A stretch of DNA of 38,416 nucleotides from Schleiferiaceae bacterium (GCA_964229925.1 CAXRFY010000125.1:1-38416); one strand, 5' to 3'; counted from the stretch's first letter, positions 23,036-32,803 are shown. Numbers and translations are program-made. Notes: generated by a model not told the origin, from the letters alone.

Positions 23036-23667
23036 TATTTCGTAGTTAATGCCGTTTGAATTTTCTCAATTGACCCCTCAGTCAGGACTAAAGTGCCACC
23101 GTTCAAAATCGCGTAAGTGCTTAATTCAGAAGCGGTTACCACATTTGAGCCCTCAAAATTGCGGGAGGACAAATATACATTTTTATCCTGCTCGGCCAAC
23201 ACCACTGTAGATTTCTTTCCTTGAAGACCCAGAGCAGACAACACTTGGCTGTAGGCCTTGGTCTTAGGAGCTTCCATGGTAAGTGCCTCGAGGACAATAA
23301 CTTGATTCTCTTTAACAAGGGTTGAGAAGGCCGATTTACGGGCCAAATTCTTCAACTTTTTGTTCAGTTTAAAACCGTACTCGTGAGGAACGGGGCCGAA
23401 TACACGACCACCACCGCGGTACAAGGGAGATTTCATGCTACCATGACGAGCGCCACCTGTTCCTTTCTGGCGGTGAAGCTTCTTCGTGGTGCGAGCAATT
23501 TCAGCGCGCTGCTTGGCCTTGTGCGTTCCCTGGCGCTGGTTGGCCAAGTACTGCTTCACGTCCAAGTACATCGCATGCTCGTTGGGCTCGATGCCGAAAA
23601 CGTCATCGCTCAGGATCGCCTTGCGTCCTGTGTCTTTGCCCTCAAGGTTAATAATGTTCAATTCCAT
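23035..23667 (-). CDS. rplD: 50S ribosomal protein L4
   Basis: RQGTHKAK.R.E......K..RQKGTGGAR.GS..SP...GGG..FGP.P; overlaps its neighbours by 1 nt at both ends. Confidence 0.97.
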   Translation of the reverse strand: MELNIINLEGKDTGRKAILSDDVFGIEPNEHAMYLDVKQYLANQRQGTHKAKQRAEIARTTKKLHRQKGTGGARHGSMKSPLYRGGGRVFGPVPHEYGFKLNKKLKNLARKSAFSTLVKENQVIVLEALTMEAPKTKAYSQVLSALGLQGKKSTVVLAEQDKNVYLSSRNFEGSNVVTASELSTYAILNGGTLVLTEGSIEKIQTALTTK

Positions 23668-24281
23668 TATTTCTCCACAATTACGAGTGACTGCTTAGCG
23701 CCGGGCACAGAGCCTTTTACGATCAGCAAGTTCTGCTCAGTATCAACTTTCAAAACGAGAAGGTTCTGGATCTTCACACGCTCAGCGCCCATGCGGCCAC
23801 CCATGCGGGTACCCTTGAAGACACGTGAGGGGTCAGAACCAGCACCGATTGAACCTGGTGCGCGAAGGCGGTTGTGCTGACCGTGCGTGCTTTGTCCAAC
23901 ACCACCAAAACCGTGGCGGCGAACAACACCTTGGAAGCCTTTACCCTTCGTGGTTCCTGCGATATCTACGTATTCGCCTTCGATGAACATGTCCACCGTC
24001 AAAACATCGCCCAACTGAACAGCGTCAGCAGCGAAGTCTTTGAACTCGACATACTTCTTCTTAGCGGTAGTGTTCGCTTTCTTGGCGTGGCCGGCGGCAG
24101 CTTGTACGGGATTTTTTTGATCTCCGTAACCGATCTGCACGGCTGCGTAACCATCGACATCTTCTGTTTTGACCTGAGTCACCACACAGGGACCCAACTC
24201 GATGACCGTACACGGCTGGTTCTTGCCATCCGCGTCGAAGATGCTGGTCATTCCGATTTTCTTGCCAATTAATCCAGGCAT
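23667..24281 (-). CDS. rplC: 50S ribosomal protein L3
   Basis: [38 protein letters not shown]...P.RVFKG.RM.G.MG. Confidence 0.98.
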   Translation of the reverse strand: MPGLIGKKIGMTSIFDADGKNQPCTVIELGPCVVTQVKTEDVDGYAAVQIGYGDQKNPVQAAAGHAKKANTTAKKKYVEFKDFAADAVQLGDVLTVDMFIEGEYVDIAGTTKGKGFQGVVRRHGFGGVGQSTHGQHNRLRAPGSIGAGSDPSRVFKGTRMGGRMGAERVKIQNLLVLKVDTEQNLLIVKGSVPGAKQSLVIVEK

Positions 24282-24299
24282 GATTTCAAAAGGAATTTG

Positions 24300-24605
24300 T
24301 TAAACTTTGATTTCTACTTCAACCCCACTTGGCAACTCCAATTTCATCAAAGCATCAATGGTTTTGCTAGATGAAGAGTAGATGTCCAACAAGCGCTTGT
24401 AGCTAGACAGCTCAAACTGCTCACGGGCTTTCTTGTTAACGTGAGGTGAACGGAGCACCGTGTAGATGCGCTTGTTCGTGGGAAGGGGGATGGGGCCGTT
24501 TACAACAGCTCCCGTGCTCTTCACCGTTTTCACGATTTTCTCAGCACTCTTGTCCACGAGCATGTGGTCGTAAGACTTGAGTTTAATGCGAATTTTCTGG
24601 CTCAT
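24300..24605 (-). CDS. rpsJ: 30S ribosomal protein S10
   Basis: [17 protein letters not shown]...I, GPIPLPT...I.TVLRSPH..K..REQFE. Confidence 0.98.
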   Translation of the reverse strand: MSQKIRIKLKSYDHMLVDKSAEKIVKTVKSTGAVVNGPIPLPTNKRIYTVLRSPHVNKKAREQFELSSYKRLLDIYSSSSKTIDALMKLELPSGVEVEIKV

Positions 24606-24619
24606 AACTTGAAAAAGAC

Positions 24620-26749
24620 TTATTTGCTACCCTTTACTTTCTCGATCACGGCCTCAGCAATGCTAGAAGGCGTTTCGGCGTAGTGGCTGAACTCCATAGA
24701 AGAACTGCCGCGACCAGAGGTAATCGTACGCAAAGTGGTTACATATCCAAACATTTCACTCAAAGGCACTTTGGCACGTACGACAGAGTCGCCTTCTTTC
24801 GTGTCCATACCCTCAACGATACCGCGGCGCTTGTTCAAGTCACCGACGACGTCACCCATGGAGTTCTCAGGCATTACAACCTCCAACTTCATCATGGGCT
24901 CCAGGATCACAGGGCGTGCCTTCTTGCCTGCCTCGCGGAAGCCAATTTTAGCAGCCAATTCAAAGGACAAAGAGTCCGAATCCACAGGGTGGAAAGAACC
25001 GTCCGTCAAGGTCACCTTCATGGTGTCGATGGCGTAACCCGCCAAAGGACCATTGTTCATGGCATCCTTGAAGCCTTTTTCAACAGCGGGAATGAATTCA
25101 CGAGGAATGTTACCACCCTTGATTTGGTTGTCGAACTGAAGCGTGCCGGTGAAGTCTTCGTCGGCAGGGCCGATAGTGAAGACAACGTCTGCGAACTTAC
25201 CGCGACCACCCGTTTGCTTCTTGTACACTTCACGGTGATTGTAGTTCGCTGTAAGCGCCTCTTTGTATTGAACCTGAGGAGCACCTTGGTTACACTCGAC
25301 CTTAAATTCACGCTTCAAACGGTCTACGATGATTTCCAAATGCAATTCACCCATGCCTGAGATAACCGTTTGGCCTGTCTCTTCGTCTGTGTGAACGCGG
25401 AAGGTGGGATCTTCTTCAGCCAACTTAGCCAAAGCCATGCCGAGCTTGTCAACGTCCGCTTGGGTCTTGGGCTCAACCGCCAAACCGATAACGGGCTCAG
25501 GGAAGCTCATAGATTCCAAGATGATAGGACGCTTCTCGTCGCACAAGGTGTCACCCGTACGGATGTCCTTGAAACCAACGCCTGCACCAATGTCACCCGC
25601 TTCGATCATCTCGATGGGGTTCTGCTTGTTGGAGTGCATCTGGAAAATACGAGAGATACGCTCTTTGTTGCCCGTACGCATGTTCTTGGTGTACGAACCC
25701 GCTTCAATCTTACCAGAATACACGCGGAAGAAGCACAAGCGACCTACGAAGGGGTCGGTAGCAATCTTGAACGCCAATGCGGCAAAGGGCTCATCGGGAT
25801 CAGGCTTGCGCACTTCTTCTTGCTCCGTATCAGGGTTGGTGCCTGTGATGGCCTCAACGTCCACGGGAGAAGGCATGAAAGACATAACCGCGTCCAACAT
25901 CGTCTGAACACCCTTGTTCTTAAAGGCAGAGCCACACAATACGGGGGTGATCTTCTGAGCGATGGTCGCCTTGCGGATAGCCGCTACCAATTCTTCCTTG
26001 GTGATGCTATCGGGATCGTCAAAGAATTTCTCCAACAAGGTATCGTCGAATTCGGCTACAGCCTCTACCAACTTCTCGCGGTATTCGGCAACCGTCTCCA
26101 CCAAATCAGCGGGGATGTCCACCACCTTGTAGGTCATGCCTTGCGTAGCGTCGTCCCAAATGATGGCCTCGTTGGTCAACAAGTCCACAACACCTTGGAA
26201 TTCTGCCTCGGCACCGATGGGCACTTGCAAGGGAATGGGGTTGCCCTTCAATTTCTCGTCGATCTGGCGAACAACGTTGAAGAAATCTGCACCTGTACGG
26301 TCCATTTTATTCACGAAGGCGATACGAGGTACAGAGTACTTCGTAGCCTGACGCCAAACGGTTTCCGTCTGGGGCTGTACGCCACCAACGGCGCAAAGCA
26401 ATGCAACGGCACCGTCCAATACGCGCAATGAACGCTCTACCTCAACGGTAAAGTCAACGTGTCCTGGGGTGTCAATGATGTTAATCTTGTACTGCTGGGT
26501 TTCTGCGGTGTCCTTTCCTTGAACGGTTGGGAAGCGCCAGAAACAGGTCGTAGCAGCTGAGGTGATGGTGATACCGCGCTCCTGCTCCTGAACCATCCAG
26601 TCCATGGTAGCAGCACCGTCGTGTACCTCGCCAATCTTGTGGCTTACACCCGTGTAGTAAAGAATACGCTCCGTGGTAGTCGTCTTGCCCGCATCGATGT
26701 GGGCCATGATACCAATGTTGCGTGTGAATTTTAAATCGCGCTTAGACAT
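24620..26749 (-). CDS. fusA: elongation factor G
   Basis: 709 aa; [41 protein letters not shown]; EF-G domains II-V are recognisable. Confidence 0.98.
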   Translation of the reverse strand: MSKRDLKFTRNIGIMAHIDAGKTTTTERILYYTGVSHKIGEVHDGAATMDWMVQEQERGITITSAATTCFWRFPTVQGKDTAETQQYKINIIDTPGHVDFTVEVERSLRVLDGAVALLCAVGGVQPQTETVWRQATKYSVPRIAFVNKMDRTGADFFNVVRQIDEKLKGNPIPLQVPIGAEAEFQGVVDLLTNEAIIWDDATQGMTYKVVDIPADLVETVAEYREKLVEAVAEFDDTLLEKFFDDPDSITKEELVAAIRKATIAQKITPVLCGSAFKNKGVQTMLDAVMSFMPSPVDVEAITGTNPDTEQEEVRKPDPDEPFAALAFKIATDPFVGRLCFFRVYSGKIEAGSYTKNMRTGNKERISRIFQMHSNKQNPIEMIEAGDIGAGVGFKDIRTGDTLCDEKRPIILESMSFPEPVIGLAVEPKTQADVDKLGMALAKLAEEDPTFRVHTDEETGQTVISGMGELHLEIIVDRLKREFKVECNQGAPQVQYKEALTANYNHREVYKKQTGGRGKFADVVFTIGPADEDFTGTLQFDNQIKGGNIPREFIPAVEKGFKDAMNNGPLAGYAIDTMKVTLTDGSFHPVDSDSLSFELAAKIGFREAGKKARPVILEPMMKLEVVMPENSMGDVVGDLNKRRGIVEGMDTKEGDSVVRAKVPLSEMFGYVTTLRTITSGRGSSSMEFSHYAETPSSIAEAVIEKVKGSK

Positions 26750-26761
26750 GATATCAATAGA

Positions 26762-27232
26762 TTAGAAACGGAAGTGTGAGAAGGCCTTGTTTGCCTCGGC
26801 CATTTTGTGAACGTCCATGCGCTTCTTAACAGCAGCGCCTTCCTCTTTAGCAGCAGCCATGATTTCGCCGGCCAGCTTAGCAGCCATGCTCTTTTCATTG
26901 CGACCACGGGCGTAGCCAATCATCCACTTCATAGCCATGGAGATTTTGCGCTCGGGGCGGATTTGCTGAGGAATCTGGAAGGTAGAACCACCTACACGAC
27001 GGCTGCGAACCTCTACGTGAGGCATCACATTGGTCAAAGCGGTCTTCCACTGGTCCAGGCCGTTGGCCTCGCCAGACTTTTCAGAAACGATGTCAATCGC
27101 ATCATAGAAGATGGTGAAAGCGGTAGACTTCTTGCCGTCATACATCAAGTTGTTGACGAAACGAGTTACCAAGGGATCATTGAAGCGGGGATCCGGCAAT
27201 AGGGGGCGCTTCTTAGCACGCGTCTTTCTCAT
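26762..27232 (-). CDS. rpsG: 30S ribosomal protein S7
   Basis: MRKTRAKKRPLLPDPRFND.LVTRFVN.LM.DGKKS.A; EVRSRRVGGSTFQIP. Confidence 0.98.
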   Translation of the reverse strand: MRKTRAKKRPLLPDPRFNDPLVTRFVNNLMYDGKKSTAFTIFYDAIDIVSEKSGEANGLDQWKTALTNVMPHVEVRSRRVGGSTFQIPQQIRPERKISMAMKWMIGYARGRNEKSMAAKLAGEIMAAAKEEGAAVKKRMDVHKMAEANKAFSHFRF

Positions 27233-27241
27233 GATTTCCGA

Positions 27242-27622
27242 TTATTTTTTTGCTTTGGGGCGCTTAGCACCATACTTAGAACGACGTTGCATACGACCGT
27301 TCACGCCTGCCGTATCAAGGGCACCGCGAACGATGTGGTAACGTACACCTGGCAAGTCTTTCACACGACCGCCACGTACGAGTACGATAGAGTGTTCTTG
27401 CAAGTTGTGGCCTTCACCGCCGATGTAGGCGTTGACTTCGTTGCCGTTGGTAAGACGCACACGTGCGACCTTACGCATAGCCGAGTTAGGCTTCTTAGGA
27501 GTGGTGGTGTACACACGCGTGCACACGCCTCGACGCTGGGGGCAAGAGTCCAACGCTGCGGACTTGCTCTTCTTTTCCAGCTTGACTCGTCCCTTACGTA
27601 CGAGCTGTTGAATGGTAGGCAT
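27242..27622 (-). CDS. rpsL: 30S ribosomal protein S12
   Basis: [74 protein letters not shown]. Confidence 0.98.
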   Translation of the reverse strand: MPTIQQLVRKGRVKLEKKSKSAALDSCPQRRGVCTRVYTTTPKKPNSAMRKVARVRLTNGNEVNAYIGGEGHNLQEHSIVLVRGGRVKDLPGVRYHIVRGALDTAGVNGRMQRRSKYGAKRPKAKK

Positions 27623-27685
27623 TCTTTTTAATTGTGTTGGTTGTCGTCGCTACAATAAACTATACCCCTAGTTTTTAGGGGACTG

Positions 27686-27715
27686 CAAATGTAGACCTTT
27701 TTTCGCTACGGACAA
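27686..27715 (-). promoter_or_regulatory. candidate Bacteroidota-type sigma-A promoter for the rpsL super-operon
   Basis: The minus strand reads TTG (27715-27713), a 19-nt spacer, then TACATTTG (27693-27686). This matches the Bacteroidetes -33 TTG / -7 TAnnTTTG consensus at typical spacing. It predicts a leader of about 55-60 nt starting near the CCCCTA-N5-TAGGGG hairpin (27665-27681). Confidence 0.55.
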
Positions 27716-27764
27716 CGCTGATTTTCTTGCAGTTTTTAAACTTTTTCGCACCGGGCCCGAATGG

Positions 27765-27772
27765 TATCTTTG
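27765..27772 (+). promoter_or_regulatory. possible -7 box (TATCTTTG) for the helicase operon
   Basis: Exact TAnnTTTG match ending 10 nt before the helicase ATG, which would give a near-leaderless mRNA. There is no well-spaced -33 TTG (the nearest is 36 nt upstream), so this is weak. Confidence 0.3.
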
Positions 27773-27782
27773 ACCTCTTCCC

Positions 27783-30131
27783 ATGTCAGCGTATTTATCT
27801 GCCCTTAATTCGGTCCAACAAGAAGCCGTGAAACAGACCGATGGTCCTGTCATGGTTATTGCGGGTGCAGGTTCGGGCAAGACCCGCGTTCTGACCTTCC
27901 GAATCGCCTACCTCATGGAGCAAGGCGTGGATCCTTTCAACATTTTGGCACTCACCTTTACCAATAAGGCAGCGCGCGAAATGAAGGGCCGAATTGAGAA
28001 GCTCCTGGGCGGCACCGAAGCTAAGAATCTATGGATGGGCACCTTCCACTCCATCTTTGCGCGTATCCTGCGGATTGAAGGACACCGTTTGGGCTACCCT
28101 TCCAATTTTACCATCTACGACACCGAGGACGCTCAAAAGGTGATTGCCGGCTTAATTAAGGACCGCGGCCTAGACAAAGACATCTACAAGGTCAAAGGCG
28201 TTGCCTCTCGCATCTCCGCGTACAAGAACAATTTGATCACGCCCAAGGCCTATCAGAACCGAGCGGATCTGCAGGAGGCGGATGCCTCGGCGCGCATGCC
28301 CCAACTCGGCGAGCTTTATGGAGCCTACATGGAGAAGTGCTTTCGGGCCGGCGCGATGGACTTTGACGATTTATTGCTGAAGACCAACGAGCTCTTTATC
28401 AAGTTCCCCGACGCCTTGGCGCGCTACCAGGAGCGTTTTAAATACATCCTGGTGGACGAGTACCAGGATACCAACCATTCGCAGTACCTCATTGTGAAGG
28501 CGCTGGCCTCGCGGTTTGAGAACCTATGTGTGGTGGGCGACGACGCGCAGAGTATTTATGCGTTTCGGGGGGCGAATATTCGGAACATTCTGAACTTCCA
28601 AAAGGACTACGCAGACGCCAAGTTGTTCAAGCTCGAGCAGAACTACCGTAGCACGGGCTGCATCGTGCAAGCAGCCAACTCGCTGATCAAGCACAATCAG
28701 GACCAGCTGGAGAAGGATGTTTGGACCAGCAATCCGCAAGGGGACCGAATTGTCGTGCACAAAAGTGTAAGCGACGCGGACGAAGGCAATTATGTAGCGC
28801 AGACGATTTGGGAACTGAACATGCGTGAACACATGGCCCACGATCAGTTTGCCATCCTCTACCGCACCAATGCGCAATCCCGCGCTTTTGAAGATGCCCT
28901 GCGCCGACGCAATATCCCCTACCGCATCTATGGCGGCCTGTCCTTCTACCAACGCAAGGAAGTGAAGGACTTGATGGCCTATGTGCGTTTGACCGTTAAT
29001 CCCAAGGACGAGGAGGCTTTTCGACGCGTTATCAACTTGCCCGCGCGCGGCATCGGCGACACGACCCTTGCCCGCCTGACCATCGCGGCGGACGAGCGCC
29101 AGGCAACGATTTGGGAAGCCGCAGAACATGCCGGCGCTTGGGGGGTCAACATCAACCGCCCCACGCAGGAACGCTTGCTGGCCTTTACCGACCTGATCAA
29201 GTCCTACCAAATCATTGCGCAGGAGAAGGATGCCTTTGACGTGGTCGAACACATTTCGCGCAGCAGCGGCATTATCAAATTTTTGGCGGAGGACAAGACG
29301 CCTGAGGGCATTTCGCGCTACGAAAACGTGCAGGAATTGCTCAACGGCATCAAGGACTTTGTGGAGCAACAGCAGCAAGTGGAAGATGGTGACCCCAGTT
29401 TGGGGGCCTTTCTTCAGGACGTGGCTTTGCTGACGGATGCCGACCGCGCCGATGAGGACGACCGTCCCAAAGTGAATTTGATGACCATTCACTTGGCAAA
29501 GGGCTTGGAATTCCCTGCCGTCTTCGTGGTGGGCATGGAGGAGAATTTGTTTCCATCGATGATGTCGATGGGGTCCCGTTCAGACCTAGAAGAAGAGCGC
29601 CGCCTATTTTACGTGGCGTTGACGCGTGCGGAAAAACGTGCCTTCCTCACTTACGCTCACGTGCGCTACCGCTGGGGCAAACTCATTGATTGCGAACCTA
29701 GCCGCTTCCTAGAGGAATTGGACGAGGCTCATTTGGACATCCATGTGCCTGAATTCCAGCCCACCTATTCGGTGCCCAAAGAGTTGATGGACGCCTTTGA
29801 CGTACCTTCGACCCGCAGAACCGCAGCGCCTTCTCGCCCTGCGTCCCCCAAACCGACGAAGCCCAGCCCGCCTCCAGCGCCTGTTCGCTTCCGACGACCC
29901 ACCGCGCTCAAGCCCATGAATCAAGCCACGCAAAGTGCGGGAAGTTCGGGCAGCAACGCCTTGGAACTTGGCCTAGAAATTGGATTTAAAGTGGTGCACG
30001 ACCGCTTTGGTATCGGAAAAGTGACGGAATTGACCGGCGACGGCACCGAGCGAAAAGCCACCATCCTCTTCGACAACGCCGGCGAGAAAAAATTGCTGCT
30101 CAAGTTTGCTAAATTGCAACTCCTTTCATGA
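27783..30131 (+). CDS. ATP-dependent DNA helicase, UvrD/PcrA/Rep (SF1A) family
   Basis: 782 aa. Q-motif and Walker A (LNSVQQEAV...VIAGAGSGKTRVL), motif II (VDEYQDTN), later SF1 motifs (VGDDAQSIYAFRGA, YRS, TIHLAKGLEF, YVALTRA). A Pro-rich linker precedes a C-terminal Tudor-like module (GFKVVHDRFGIGKV...). Confidence 0.93.
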   Translation: MSAYLSALNSVQQEAVKQTDGPVMVIAGAGSGKTRVLTFRIAYLMEQGVDPFNILALTFTNKAAREMKGRIEKLLGGTEAKNLWMGTFHSIFARILRIEGHRLGYPSNFTIYDTEDAQKVIAGLIKDRGLDKDIYKVKGVASRISAYKNNLITPKAYQNRADLQEADASARMPQLGELYGAYMEKCFRAGAMDFDDLLLKTNELFIKFPDALARYQERFKYILVDEYQDTNHSQYLIVKALASRFENLCVVGDDAQSIYAFRGANIRNILNFQKDYADAKLFKLEQNYRSTGCIVQAANSLIKHNQDQLEKDVWTSNPQGDRIVVHKSVSDADEGNYVAQTIWELNMREHMAHDQFAILYRTNAQSRAFEDALRRRNIPYRIYGGLSFYQRKEVKDLMAYVRLTVNPKDEEAFRRVINLPARGIGDTTLARLTIAADERQATIWEAAEHAGAWGVNINRPTQERLLAFTDLIKSYQIIAQEKDAFDVVEHISRSSGIIKFLAEDKTPEGISRYENVQELLNGIKDFVEQQQQVEDGDPSLGAFLQDVALLTDADRADEDDRPKVNLMTIHLAKGLEFPAVFVVGMEENLFPSMMSMGSRSDLEEERRLFYVALTRAEKRAFLTYAHVRYRWGKLIDCEPSRFLEELDEAHLDIHVPEFQPTYSVPKELMDAFDVPSTRRTAAPSRPASPKPTKPSPPPAPVRFRRPTALKPMNQATQSAGSSGSNALELGLEIGFKVVHDRFGIGKVTELTGDGTERKATILFDNAGEKKLLLKFAKLQLLS

Positions 30132-30790
30132 TGGATACTTCAAACATTGCCGCTCTTTCCCTGGACTACAACACGGACCGTGAGCAGTTGCGCATGCCCG
30201 AATACGGGCGCCACGTGCAGTCCATGATCGAGTACTGCTTGACGCTGCCCGATCGCGACCACCGCACCAAGGTGGCCAACAGCATCATTGATGTCATTGG
30301 CAACCTCAATCCCAGCCTGCGCGACAATCCCGATTACCGCCACAAACTGTGGGACCACCTCTTTGTCCTGTCTGACTTCCAGCTGGACGTAGACTGCCCC
30401 TACCCTATTCCCACTCGCGAGAAGCTGGCGGAAAAACCAGAAGCCGTCCCCTACCCCCAAAAGAGCCGAAGCCACCGCTACTATGGCAACATCATCCAGA
30501 GCTTGATCGCTACGGTTTCCGCCATGGAGCCCTCTGAAGAGCGTGACGCCATGGAATTGGACATCGCCAACCAGATGAAGCGCGCTTACCTCTCTTGGAA
30601 CAAGGATTCGGTAGACGACGCGGTCATTTATGCCGAATTGCGCATCCTGTCCGGTGGCCAACTGGGCCAAGAGAAGACCACCCTGTCGGTCAACCGCGGG
30701 GTCGTCTCTCAAAACGCCCCCTTGCACACGCGCACCAAGAAAAAATCAAAGGCCAACTTCAAGCGAAAAGGCCCCTTTAAACGCAAATAA
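30128..30790 (+). CDS. DUF4290 domain-containing protein (function unknown)
   Basis: 220 aa. I recall the family signature as L.YNTDRE.L.MPEYGR..Q.M......L.DR..R......I...GN..P.LRD....HKLWDHLF..S.F.LD.D.PY. The ATG overlaps the helicase stop (ATGA at 30128-31). It sits immediately upstream of murA, as is typical in Bacteroidota. Confidence 0.8.
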   Translation: MMDTSNIAALSLDYNTDREQLRMPEYGRHVQSMIEYCLTLPDRDHRTKVANSIIDVIGNLNPSLRDNPDYRHKLWDHLFVLSDFQLDVDCPYPIPTREKLAEKPEAVPYPQKSRSHRYYGNIIQSLIATVSAMEPSEERDAMELDIANQMKRAYLSWNKDSVDDAVIYAELRILSGGQLGQEKTTLSVNRGVVSQNAPLHTRTKKKSKANFKRKGPFKRK

Positions 30791-30802
30791 CCTCCCCATT
30801 CC

Positions 30803-32122
30803 GTGTCATCCAGCTTTCGCATCACTGGTGGACGCCGCCTCAAAGGCGATGTGCACCCCCAAGGCGCTAAAAACGAAGTTCTCCAAATTCTCTGCGCTGT
30901 ACTGCTGACGGAGGAGACCGTTCGCGTTTCCAACATTCCAGACATCGTCGACGTCAACAAGCTCATCGAAATCCTCGGAGACTTTGGGGTAGCCGTTACC
31001 AAGCACGGTCACGGGGACTACAGCTTCTGCGCCAAAGACGTGGACGTCAACTTCCTTTTTTCAGATACCTACAAAAAGAAAGGTGCCGCCCTACGCGGTT
31101 CCATCATGCTCGTGGGCCCCTTGCTGGCCCGCTTTGGCAAGGGCTACATTCCCAAGCCCGGGGGCGACAAAATCGGCCGTCGCCGCTTGGACACCCACTT
31201 CTTGGGCTTCATGAAATTGGGGGCTGAATTCAAATTCGAAGAAGGCTCTCACTTCTACGGTGTAGAAACGCCCGCCAGCGGCCTAAAGGGCGCCTACATG
31301 CTCCTTGACGAGGCATCCGTGACCGGTACCGCCAACATTGTGATGGCAGCAGTCATGACGCCCGGCACGACGACCATCTACAACGCAGCCTGTGAGCCCT
31401 ACTTGCAGCAGCTCTGCAATATGCTCGTTCGCATGGGGGCGAAGATTGAAGGCATTGGCAGCAACCTCTTGACCATTACGGGCGTGGAACGCCTGGGCGG
31501 CACCGAGCACCGCTGTTTGCCCGATATGATTGAGATTGGTTCTTGGATTGGTTTAGCGGCCATGACGCAGAGCGAATTGACCATCAAGAATGCGGGCGTA
31601 GCACATTTGGGCATCATCCCCGAGGTCTTCCGCAAGCTGGGCATCCAACTGGAAATTCAGGGCGACGACATTCACATTCCCGCCCAGGAGAGCTATGAAA
31701 TTGGCGCCTACTTGGACGGTTCCATGGTCACGGTGGCCGATGCCCCTTGGCCCGGATTCACCCCGGATTTGCTGAGCATTGTGCTGGTGACAGCCACGCA
31801 GGCTAAGGGTTCGGTGCTCATTCACCAGAAGATGTTCGAAAGCCGCCTCTTCTTCGTGGACAAACTCATCGACATGGGTGCCCAGATCATTCTTTGCGAT
31901 CCGCACCGCGCTACCGTTATTGGTTTGGACCGAAAGTTCACCCTGCGCGCGACTACGATGACGTCGCCGGACATTCGCGCCGGTATCGCCCTGCTCATCG
32001 CTGCATTGAGCGCCGAAGGAACGAGCACCATCCACAACATTGAACAAATCGACCGCGGCTACGAACGCATCGACGAGCGCCTTCGTGCCCTCGGTGCCCA
32101 AATCGAACGCATTCCTGCCTAA
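30803..32122 (+). CDS. murA: UDP-N-acetylglucosamine 1-carboxyvinyltransferase
   Basis: 439 aa, GTG start at 30803. FRITGGRRLKGDV.PQGAKNE.L, PGG(D)KIGRRRLD, EPT fold repeats. Confidence 0.95.
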   Translation: MSSSFRITGGRRLKGDVHPQGAKNEVLQILCAVLLTEETVRVSNIPDIVDVNKLIEILGDFGVAVTKHGHGDYSFCAKDVDVNFLFSDTYKKKGAALRGSIMLVGPLLARFGKGYIPKPGGDKIGRRRLDTHFLGFMKLGAEFKFEEGSHFYGVETPASGLKGAYMLLDEASVTGTANIVMAAVMTPGTTTIYNAACEPYLQQLCNMLVRMGAKIEGIGSNLLTITGVERLGGTEHRCLPDMIEIGSWIGLAAMTQSELTIKNAGVAHLGIIPEVFRKLGIQLEIQGDDIHIPAQESYEIGAYLDGSMVTVADAPWPGFTPDLLSIVLVTATQAKGSVLIHQKMFESRLFFVDKLIDMGAQIILCDPHRATVIGLDRKFTLRATTMTSPDIRAGIALLIAALSAEGTSTIHNIEQIDRGYERIDERLRALGAQIERIPA

Positions 32123-32134
32123 CTTTATCCCATC

Positions 32135-32683
32135 ATGAAAAAAGTACTTGCTTCTCTTCTTATCGCCTCCGCCCTTTTGTGGACGGCTGCGCGCCCTGCC
32201 GAAAGCAGCATTCGCCCAGTTGCGGACGCTCAATTGGCCAATATCAATGTAGGTGATCAAGCGCCTGAACTCGCGTTCCAAAATCCCAACGGCGACATCG
32301 TCAAGTTGAGTGATTTGCGCGGCAAAGTCGTTTTGATCGACTTCTGGGCCTCTTGGTGTGGCCCCTGCCGCATGGAGAACCCCAACGTGGTGCGCATCTA
32401 CAACGAATACAAGGACAAGAAATTCACCGCCGGCAAAGGTTTTGAAATCTATTCCGTTAGCTTGGATCAATCCAAGGACCGCTGGGTGGACGCCATCGCC
32501 AAAGACGGCCTCACCTGGTCTAGCCACGTGAGCGATCTGCGCGGCTGGCGTGCTCAAGGCGCCGCGCTGTACGGCGTGAACGCTATCCCCATGACCTTCT
32601 TGGTCGACGGCAAAGGCAAGATCATTGCCAAAGGCCTTCGCGGCGCCCAATTGGAGGCCGCATTGAAGTCCCTGCTTCAATAA
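32135..32683 (+). CDS. TlpA/ResA-like periplasmic thiol-disulfide oxidoreductase (thioredoxin fold)
   Basis: 182 aa with an N-terminal signal peptide (MKKVLASLLIASALLWTAA), the WASWCGPC active site, and AhpC/TSA-like context (VVLIDFWASWCGPCR.ENP). Confidence 0.88.
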   Translation: MKKVLASLLIASALLWTAARPAESSIRPVADAQLANINVGDQAPELAFQNPNGDIVKLSDLRGKVVLIDFWASWCGPCRMENPNVVRIYNEYKDKKFTAGKGFEIYSVSLDQSKDRWVDAIAKDGLTWSSHVSDLRGWRAQGAALYGVNAIPMTFLVDGKGKIIAKGLRGAQLEAALKSLLQ

Positions 32684-32727
32684 GGACGGACAGTTCGTCA
32701 CGACAGCCTGGCCCTGATTGGGGCTGA

Positions 32728-32775
32728 CAATCTGCCATTCTGACACGAAATCAGTTTGGCAGATTGTTTGCTTTT
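32728..32775 (+). terminator. rho-independent terminator after the helicase-murA-tlpA unit
   Basis: Perfect 10-bp inverted repeat CAATCTGCCA (32728-37) / TGGCAGATTG (32757-66). An inner CTGA/TCAG pairing is also present. TTTGCTTTT follows. Confidence 0.75.
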
Positions 32776-32803
32776 AGGGCAGCACTGAATACTACTTGCA
32801 CGC

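Noticed and set aside
24606-24619. Missing tuf between fusA and rpsJ, considered as a possible deletion or rearrangement scar
   Set aside because: The 14-nt junction is clean. To my knowledge tuf lies elsewhere (with secE-nusG) in Bacteroidota generally, so this is normal for the phylum.
25370-26431. 353-aa plus-strand ORF inside fusA. Similar long antisense ORFs occur at 209-1201 (gpmI), 5710-6522 (rpsA), 7619-8407 (gltA), 8543-9454 (eno), 28524-29492 (helicase), 30140-30727 (DUF4290), 33392-33910 (dnaJ), 35946-36515 and 37199-37951 (T9SS genes)
   Set aside because: All are mirror-frame ORFs opposite genes with very strong homology signatures. None has a signal, motif or independent intergenic start region. 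There is no reason to call overlapping genes.
31553-32746. 397-aa ORF on the minus strand, the longest non-annotated ORF in the track
   Set aside because: It lies entirely antisense to murA and the TlpA-like gene and runs straight across their boundary. Its composition is A/G/R/V-rich with no recognisable motif. Both sense-strand genes have unambiguous family signatures. This is a typical shadow ORF of GC-rich coding DNA.
32684-32803. Search for a CIRCE/HrcA operator (TTAGCACTC-N9-GAGTGCTAA) or another heat-shock element upstream of grpE-dnaJ
   Set aside because: There is no CIRCE-like inverted repeat. ttagggcagcactgaat has only partial half-site resemblance and no partner. The one strong inverted repeat (32728-32766) is followed by a T-rich run. 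It is better explained as the terminator of the upstream operon.
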